DNA of 39,389 bases, from assembly GCA_900299355.1 (NCBI GenBank), contig OMJR01000082.1, forward strand, positions 1 through 39,389. Reading direction: 5' to 3'. The notes below the pieces were generated by a model, which saw only the letters and a list, made by a program, of their open reading frames with translations, made no database searches and was not told the origin of the DNA. This DNA is from Anaerolineaceae bacterium (GTDB taxonomy: Bacteria > Chloroflexota > Anaerolineae > Anaerolineales > UBA11579). Below are positions 34,272-39,389 of this stretch, piece after piece (position 1 is the stretch's first letter; each line of letters opens with the position of its first letter). The translations under genes were made by a program, and so were the position numbers.

Positions 34272-35477
34272 CTACTCTTGGATTAATTTCCCGTAGCTAA
34301 TCACATGCACCGGCGCGCGGTGGTAGCGGAAGGCTTCGCGTACGCTTGGCTGGTCCAGCACCACCAGATTGGCCGGATTGCCGACTTTGAGTTCGCTATC
34401 GCGGATGCCCATGGCCCTGGCGGCCTCCACGGTAATCATGTCGTACAGGGTTTCCATGTCCGCTGCGCTGGTCATCCACAGCAGATGGCTGGCCAGGAAG
34501 GCCACTTCCAGCATGTTGTTCTGGCCGTAGGGGTAGTAGGCATCCGATATGTCGTCCTGGCCCAGGCACACGTAGGCGCCTTCCTCGAGCAGCTCGCGTA
34601 CGCGGGCATGCAGCGGCCCGGTCTGCGGATCGGTGACGACATACAATTCGGCTTGCTTGAGCAGGGCGATCACTTTTTGTAAATAAGGTTTGGGGTAAAG
34701 CGCCATGGCGCGTGCGTGGTGGGCTAGTGCGCGGCCCTGCCAGCCTTGCTTAATCGCGCGCACCGCCATCATCTCCAGCGTGCGCAGGCCGGCATCGCCG
34801 GCGTCGTCCACCAGGAAGGAGACCGGCTTGTCGAATTCCTGGGCGATGGCGAACATGGCGTCGACATGGTATTGGGCATCGGTATCGGTGAACTCGATCC
34901 AGGGGATGCCGCCGACCACGTCTGCGCCCAACTCCATCGCCTGGCGCACGAGCTGTTCGGCGCCGGGCTCGCGCACCACGCCATCCTGGGGGAAGGCCAC
35001 AACTTGCAAATCGACCACGCCGGCGAACTCCTGCTTGGCGGTCAGCAGGGCTTTGACGCCCTCGAGTTTGGCCTTATTGTCCACGTCGGCCAGCGCGCGG
35101 ATATGCGTGTTGCCATTGCGGGCGGCCAGCTGCAGCGCCTGGCGCACGTTGGGCAGGATCCAGGCCTGGTCGTATTCGTCTTTGACGCGCGCAGCCAGCT
35201 CGATGGCGTTCATGGCTTTGCCCATGCCGGCGGCCTGATAGCTTTCCAGGGCCATCTCGTCCATGCGGTCGAGGGTGTAGACCTTATCCAGATGCAGGTG
35301 CGGGTTGTAGAAAGATTCGGTGACCAGGTTGCCTCCGGCGTCGATCACTCTGGCGGCTTCGGCTTGGTTGCCTTTATCAATGGCCGCGATACGCCCATCC
35401 TGAATTAGGAGCGAGGTGAGCTCGCCGGGTACTTCGCGGCGTAGTTGGGCCTGGGTGATCAGAATAGATTCGGTCAT
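34272..35477 (-). CDS. Amidohydrolase-superfamily protein, cytosine-deaminase (CodA)-like
   Basis: 401 aa and colinear with E. coli CodA as I recall it. Matching blocks are NPHLHLD (HxH), DLQVVAFPQDG, GADVVGGIP, LAHH, CLGQDD and ANLVVL. GGAG lies 8 nt upstream of the ATG. Confidence 0.82.
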   Translation of the reverse strand: MTESILITQAQLRREVPGELTSLLIQDGRIAAIDKGNQAEAARVIDAGGNLVTESFYNPHLHLDKVYTLDRMDEMALESYQAAGMGKAMNAIELAARVKDEYDQAWILPNVRQALQLAARNGNTHIRALADVDNKAKLEGVKALLTAKQEFAGVVDLQVVAFPQDGVVREPGAEQLVRQAMELGADVVGGIPWIEFTDTDAQYHVDAMFAIAQEFDKPVSFLVDDAGDAGLRTLEMMAVRAIKQGWQGRALAHHARAMALYPKPYLQKVIALLKQAELYVVTDPQTGPLHARVRELLEEGAYVCLGQDDISDAYYPYGQNNMLEVAFLASHLLWMTSAADMETLYDMITVEAARAMGIRDSELKVGNPANLVVLDQPSVREAFRYHRAPVHVISYGKLIQE

Positions 35478-35506
35478 TTGATGCTCCGGAGAAGGTTTCC
35501 CATTTT

Positions 35507-35687
35507 GTCATTTTGATGGAGCGCTGAATTCGCCACGCGAATTCGAGCGACGAGGAATTCCTCAGGCCACAATACGTTCCGGCAAGCCTGATAGAGGGAG
35601 AAGGGTAGTAAGAATTCCTCGTCGGGCCTCGCTCCGCTTCGCCCTCGCTCGGAATGACAAGCGGGGTGGAATGACAAACGAGCGAGC
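35507..35687. repeat. Composite inverted-repeat element C (same family) plus an extra partial terminus
   Basis: The left arm is GTCATTTTGATGGAGCGCTGAATTCGCCACGCGAATTCGAGCGACGAGGAATTCC (35507-35561). The right arm is AGAATTCCTCGTCGGGCCTCGCTCCGCTTCGCCCTCGCTCGGAATGACA (35611-35659). An extra GGAATGACAAACGAGCGAGCG sits at 35668-35688, next to the Mo-hydroxylase stop. Confidence 0.8.
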
Positions 35688-35688
35688 G

Positions 35689-38037
35689 TTATTTCGCCTT
35701 GTGCTCCTCCACCAACTCCCACAAGCGGCGCGGGCTGAGCGGAATCTCGCGGATCTCAAAGCCTTCCAGCCCCAGCGCATCTTCGATGGCTTGTGCGAAG
35801 AGCGGGCCAACCGGGATGGCGCCCGCCTCGCCGGCGCCCTTGGTGCCCAGCGGATTGAGCGGGGAGGGCGTAACTGTGTGGGCGGTATCCATGCGGGGCA
35901 CATCCAGCGCGGTGGGCAGCAGGAAATCCATAAAGGACGCGTTGGTGATCTGGCCCATCTCGTCGAAAACCAGTTCTTCGTAAAAAGCGTTGCCGAGTCC
36001 CTGGGCGACGCCGCCGTGGATCTGGCCGTCCAGGATCAGCGGGTTGATCACTTCGCCGCAATCGTGCACCACGGCGTACTTTTTGATGTCGATCATCATC
36101 GTCTCGGGGTCGACTTCCACAATCATCGCGTGCACGCCGCTGGCGGTAGCGCCCATCTCGGGGCCGAAGTAATCGGTGGCTTCCAGGCCGGGTTCGGTGC
36201 CGGGCTTGACGGCGCCACGCATCGGGTTGGCACGCTGGGCCAGTTCGCCCAGGGGAATGGCGGTATCCGGGTTGCCCAGGATTTGCACATGGCCATCCAC
36301 CAATTCGAGCTGGTCTTGACTCACTTCGCCTTCGAACTCCTCGATGGCTTTATCCAGAATCTTCTGACGCACGCGTTTGGCAGCGGCATGGATGGCGTTG
36401 CCGGCCACCACCGCGCCACGGCTGGCGAAGGTGCCCACGCCCCAATGGAACTGGTCGGTGTCGCCGGTGACCAAATCGATTTGGTCTACTGGAACGCCCA
36501 GTTGCTCGGCCACGATTTGGGCATAGCTGGTGTAATGACCCTGGCCCTGGGTGCCGATGCCGGTGGCCACACTCACGCGGCCGTTGGCCTGCACCTGGAT
36601 TCGGGCGCCTTCGTAGGGGCCGATGCCGGTGCCCTCTACATAGCAAACCAGGCCGAGACCGAGGCGCTTGCCTTCTTTCTCGGCTTGGGGTTTGCGGGTC
36701 CTGTAGAAGTTTTGGTAATCAATCAGTTCCAACGCCTTGTCTAGAATCGGCCCATAGTTGCCGCTGTCATAGGTCAGTTCGCTGAAATCCTGATAAATAA
36801 TCTGGTGCTTGTGGGGGAAATCATCGGGCGGGATGAAATTCTTGCGCCGGATTTCAGCCTTGTCCATGCCCAACTCTTTGGCGGCCACGTCCAGCAAGCG
36901 TTCCATAACAAAGACGCCGTGCTGGCGGCCCGCGCCGCGATAGGGGCTGGTGATGGGCTTGTTGGTAAAGACCGCGGTGAATTCGGTGCTGTAGTTAGGC
37001 ACCCGGTACATGCCCAGCAGGGTGCATTGGGTGTTGATGGGAATGGTCAGTCCGTAAGGGTCGTAGGCGCCGTTGTCATGCCAGAAAGTGTCTTTGACGC
37101 CCAGGATGGTGCCATCCTGCTTGAGCGCGATTTCAGAGACATGGGTCTGGCCGCGCTCCTGAGTGGTGGCGTAGAAGTTCTCGTTGCGGTCCTCAATCCA
37201 CTTGACCGGCCGGTTGAGGCCCATCGCAATCCAGGGCAGCAGCATTTCCTCAGGGTAGAACATCAGAATTTTGGGCCCGAAGCCGCCGCCGATAAAGGGC
37301 GCAATCAGGCGCACCTGGTGCTCGCTGAGGCCCAGCATGCCAGCGATGCCGTTGCGGATGATGACCGGCGCCTGGGTGGTGTCCCACATGGTCAGCTTGC
37401 CGGCCTTGGCGTCCCACTCGGCCACGATGCCGCGGTTCTCCATAGCGGCCGCCGTGCCGCGGTCGTAGACGAACTCGCGCTCGATGACCACATCGGCCTG
37501 CTGCCTGGCTTTGGCGTAATCGCCCTTGTGCTGCACGACGTGCGCGGCCAAGTTGCTATCCAGGTCGTCATGGATGAGGGTGGCGCGGTCCTCCATCGCC
37601 TTCTTGGGGTCGATGTGGACTGGCAGCGGTTCGTAATCCACCATGATTAGGTTGGCGGCATCTTCGGCGATGTAGCGATTTTCGGCGACCACGCAGGCCA
37701 CGATTTCGCCGACATGGCGCACTTTGTCCTTGGCGATAATGGGATGCAGGCGTTCGTGAAAGACGGCGCCCTCGATGGGCGGGGTGCCCACATTGAGCAC
37801 GCCGGTGCGCCAGTAATCGCCCAGGTCCTCAGCGGTGTACAACGCTTCAACGCCCTCCAGCGCGCGGGCCTCGGTGGCATCCACTGACTTAATCCGCGCG
37901 TGGGCATAGGGGCTGCGCACGAAGGCGATGTGTAGCATGCCGGGCAGGTTGACATCGTCGACAAAGAGCGCCTGCCCAGTGAGCAGCTTAGGGTCTTCGT
38001 TGCGCTTGATGCGCTCGCCGAAATAACGCGTCGCCAT
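35689..38037 (-). CDS. Xanthine dehydrogenase/aldehyde oxidase family molybdopterin-binding large subunit (CoxL/XdhB-like)
   Basis: I prefer ATG 38037 (MATRYFGERIKRNEDPKLLTGQALFVDDV...), with AAGGA 8 nt upstream and 4 nt after the cyclase stop. The ORF track's extension to 38160 overlaps the cyclase gene. The family block APFIGGGFGPK is present. Confidence 0.9.
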   Translation of the reverse strand: MATRYFGERIKRNEDPKLLTGQALFVDDVNLPGMLHIAFVRSPYAHARIKSVDATEARALEGVEALYTAEDLGDYWRTGVLNVGTPPIEGAVFHERLHPIIAKDKVRHVGEIVACVVAENRYIAEDAANLIMVDYEPLPVHIDPKKAMEDRATLIHDDLDSNLAAHVVQHKGDYAKARQQADVVIEREFVYDRGTAAAMENRGIVAEWDAKAGKLTMWDTTQAPVIIRNGIAGMLGLSEHQVRLIAPFIGGGFGPKILMFYPEEMLLPWIAMGLNRPVKWIEDRNENFYATTQERGQTHVSEIALKQDGTILGVKDTFWHDNGAYDPYGLTIPINTQCTLLGMYRVPNYSTEFTAVFTNKPITSPYRGAGRQHGVFVMERLLDVAAKELGMDKAEIRRKNFIPPDDFPHKHQIIYQDFSELTYDSGNYGPILDKALELIDYQNFYRTRKPQAEKEGKRLGLGLVCYVEGTGIGPYEGARIQVQANGRVSVATGIGTQGQGHYTSYAQIVAEQLGVPVDQIDLVTGDTDQFHWGVGTFASRGAVVAGNAIHAAAKRVRQKILDKAIEEFEGEVSQDQLELVDGHVQILGNPDTAIPLGELAQRANPMRGAVKPGTEPGLEATDYFGPEMGATASGVHAMIVEVDPETMMIDIKKYAVVHDCGEVINPLILDGQIHGGVAQGLGNAFYEELVFDEMGQITNASFMDFLLPTALDVPRMDTAHTVTPSPLNPLGTKGAGEAGAIPVGPLFAQAIEDALGLEGFEIREIPLSPRRLWELVEEHKAK

Positions 38038-38041
38038 AAGC

Positions 38042-38833
38042 TTATCCTTCGGTGAAGGCGACCGCGCGGCAGAAGGCCGCTTCGCCGCCTTTGAACTTCC
38101 AGGGGAAAGCGCCCAGCACGATGCGCTTGTTGTGCAGCTCGGGGTTGCCGATTTCGCCACCCAGGTTCTCCACGTGGAAGCAGTCGTGGGGGAAGAGCGC
38201 GTTGTGGGTCAATTGGTAGGCCTCGGGCGGGAACATCTCGTCCACCTTCTGGCTGCCGCCGAACTTGTCCTCGACCTGCTTGCGCACCTTGGCCCAGTGC
38301 TCCAGGCCACCCTTACCGAGGAAGCGGCCGATGGGCAGGTTCATCGGGTGGTCGGTGGAAATCATGTCCACGCCCCACAGGTGAATCTTCTTATCCAGCA
38401 GCCATTCGCAGATGCTGTGGTGCGGACCCGGATGGCGGTGGATGTACTTTTCCTCATCGCCGTCGGGGGCCAGGAAGGTGTATTTATGCCAGCCGGTGTT
38501 GATGAAGAGGATATCGCCATTCTTAATTTCGGCGCGCTCCTCCAGCATTTCAGGGGTAAAGACTTCCAGCTCGTCCATCGCGTCGCTGATATCCACGATG
38601 ACACCTTCGCCGTAAAGCCAATCCAGCGGCAGTTGCTCGATAGTCTTGCCGTTGGTCACAAAATGACGCGGGGCATCCAGGTGGGTGCCCATGTGATTGG
38701 AGGTTTGAATATATTGGGCGTTGACGCCATGCTCAGATTTGCGCTTCAAATACTTAACTTCAAAGGGCGGGTAGAAGGGCCAGAACGAACAATCCTGGTT
38801 AAGGTCTTGGGACAGGTCGTGGATTTTGTACAT
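38042..38833 (-). CDS. Cyclase-family protein (arylformamidase / isatin-hydrolase-like, PF04199-type)
   Basis: 263 aa with the metal-site signature NHMGTHLDAPRHF and the later DMISTDHP. AAGGAG lies 8 nt upstream of the ATG. Confidence 0.87.
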   Translation of the reverse strand: MYKIHDLSQDLNQDCSFWPFYPPFEVKYLKRKSEHGVNAQYIQTSNHMGTHLDAPRHFVTNGKTIEQLPLDWLYGEGVIVDISDAMDELEVFTPEMLEERAEIKNGDILFINTGWHKYTFLAPDGDEEKYIHRHPGPHHSICEWLLDKKIHLWGVDMISTDHPMNLPIGRFLGKGGLEHWAKVRKQVEDKFGGSQKVDEMFPPEAYQLTHNALFPHDCFHVENLGGEIGNPELHNKRIVLGAFPWKFKGGEAAFCRAVAFTEG

Positions 38834-38867
38834 GATTGAGACTCCTTATAGTTTGCAGGTGTTAATC

Positions 38868-38895
38868 GTAATTGGTAACTGGTAGTTGGTGATTA
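38868..38895. repeat. Degenerate tandem heptamer array (GTAATTG GTAACTG GTAGTTG GTGATTA) at the 3' flank of the four-helix-bundle gene
   Basis: Read directly from the sequence. It overlaps the stop codon (38893-38895) and is the inverted complement of the array at 39361-39389. Confidence 0.8.
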
Positions 38896-39357
38896 GCCAG
38901 CGTGCGTTTCAAGTCCAGATATATAAGCCAGATCTTCATCTGAAAAAAAATCTTCACTGAAAGTGTACTCTTCTTGAATTTCTTTGATGCCTTTGGAGCT
39001 GGACTGTTGCTTTCTAGTTACGGAAACTAGGGCATTTAAGCGCTTGGCCAGTCGGGTCAAGTTCGCCAAATACCGCTCAACATTGCGGGAGTCGAGTAGT
39101 TCACGGTTCATAGCTCGATTCAGCCAGAATTTGGTCTCGTAGATACTGCCGCGCGAATAGTACAGAAACCTCAAGCGGTCACCGAAATGATAACGACCAA
39201 AGGCCTCCGCGATATTGGCTCCAATCGAATCGCCGGACCTGGCCAGCTGTTTGCCGACGGTGTCTTTGGCAAAATCTTCCCAGGTCACAATTTCCTGCCA
39301 GAGTTTGTCTGACAGTTGTTCCGCTATCTGTAAGATTTCTAAATCATCAATTCGCAT
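38893..39357 (-). CDS. Four-helix-bundle protein (23S rRNA intervening-sequence protein / Avd-like family)
   Basis: 154 aa. The blocks QLARSGDSIGANIAEAFGR and YYSRGSIYETKFWL are characteristic of the family. The gene is markedly AT-rich (20 G+C in the 60 nt at 38941-39000). Confidence 0.82.
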   Translation of the reverse strand: MRIDDLEILQIAEQLSDKLWQEIVTWEDFAKDTVGKQLARSGDSIGANIAEAFGRYHFGDRLRFLYYSRGSIYETKFWLNRAMNRELLDSRNVERYLANLTRLAKRLNALVSVTRKQQSSSKGIKEIQEEYTFSEDFFSDEDLAYISGLETHAG

Positions 39358-39360
39358 CGG

Positions 39361-39389
39361 CCAATTACCAATTACTAATTACCAATTAC
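39361..39389. repeat. Tandem heptamer array CCAATTA x4 (one CTAATTA variant), running to the window edge
   Basis: The sequence is CCAATTACCAATTACTAATTACCAATTAC, starting 3 nt upstream of the four-helix-bundle ATG. It is the reverse complement of the TAATTGG-type array at 38868-38895. Confidence 0.8.

Noticed and set aside
35671-36744. 357-aa plus-strand ORF, the largest of many antisense ORFs. Others include 13541-14161, 7785-8384, 21090-21692, 24600-25214, 36805-37650 and 38132-38839.
   Set aside because: Each lies entirely opposite a gene with clear family signatures. The translations are Gly/Ala/Arg/His/Val-rich low-complexity strings typical of open antisense frames in GC-rich DNA. None has a recognisable motif or an SD.
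38038-38160. N-terminal 41-codon extension of the Mo-hydroxylase ORF (track start 38160)
   Set aside because: The extension overlaps the 3' end of the cyclase gene and is Ser/Ala/Pro-rich. The internal ATG 38037 gives the canonical family N-terminus (MATRYFGERIKRNEDPKLLTG) and has an SD.

Overview
This is a 39.4-kb GC-rich bacterial chromosomal segment. Gene content suggests a non-proteobacterial, possibly Chloroflexota-like organism, but that is inference only. I call about 34 protein genes and one tRNA(CAU). I saw no rRNA, CRISPR array, transposase, integrase or phage genes.

Gene order, left to right:
- relA/spoT 3' part, moeA, a VKOR-family protein, a small Cys-rich acidic protein and a TPR/TM/HExxH protein.
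- tRNA-CAU followed by an AT-richer islet holding a VOC-family gene and a frameshifted GGDEF gene.
- A FIST gene followed by a PAS-GGDEF-EAL gene (minus strand).
- A fused E1 alpha/beta 2-oxoacid dehydrogenase gene.
- An rpoN / histidine kinase / sigma-54 activator operon (minus strand).
- trmFO and an M28 peptidase.
- A 670-bp gene-free region filled with a repeat family.
- An aminotransferase, hflX and a YdiJ-like FAD/Fe-S oxidase.
- A CoA-transferase / dinB / nuclease-like / rpiA operon (minus strand).
- An FGE-domain protein and an NCS2 nucleobase permease.
- A minus-strand cluster: cyclase, Mo-hydroxylase large subunit, CodA-like amidohydrolase, DUF2877 protein and NmrA-like reductase.
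- A four-helix-bundle (23S IVS-protein family) gene flanked by inverted heptamer arrays.

Best candidates for something new:
1. The compact sigma-54 cassette. rpoN is chained to its own sensor kinase and to an activator that lacks a DNA-binding domain. It is preceded by a near-consensus -24/-12 element that overlaps a sigma-70-type promoter. RpoN also carries a Cys4 insert.
2. A MITE-like inverted-repeat family with termini TGTCATTCCGAGCGAGG / CCGACGAGGAATTCC. It is present as four composite elements, two of them wedged inside the catabolic cluster.
3. The unassigned N-heterocycle catabolic cluster itself.
4. A PD-(D/E)XK-like/wHTH gene overlapping dinB.

All calls come from reading the sequence and the ORF track. 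No database search was run.
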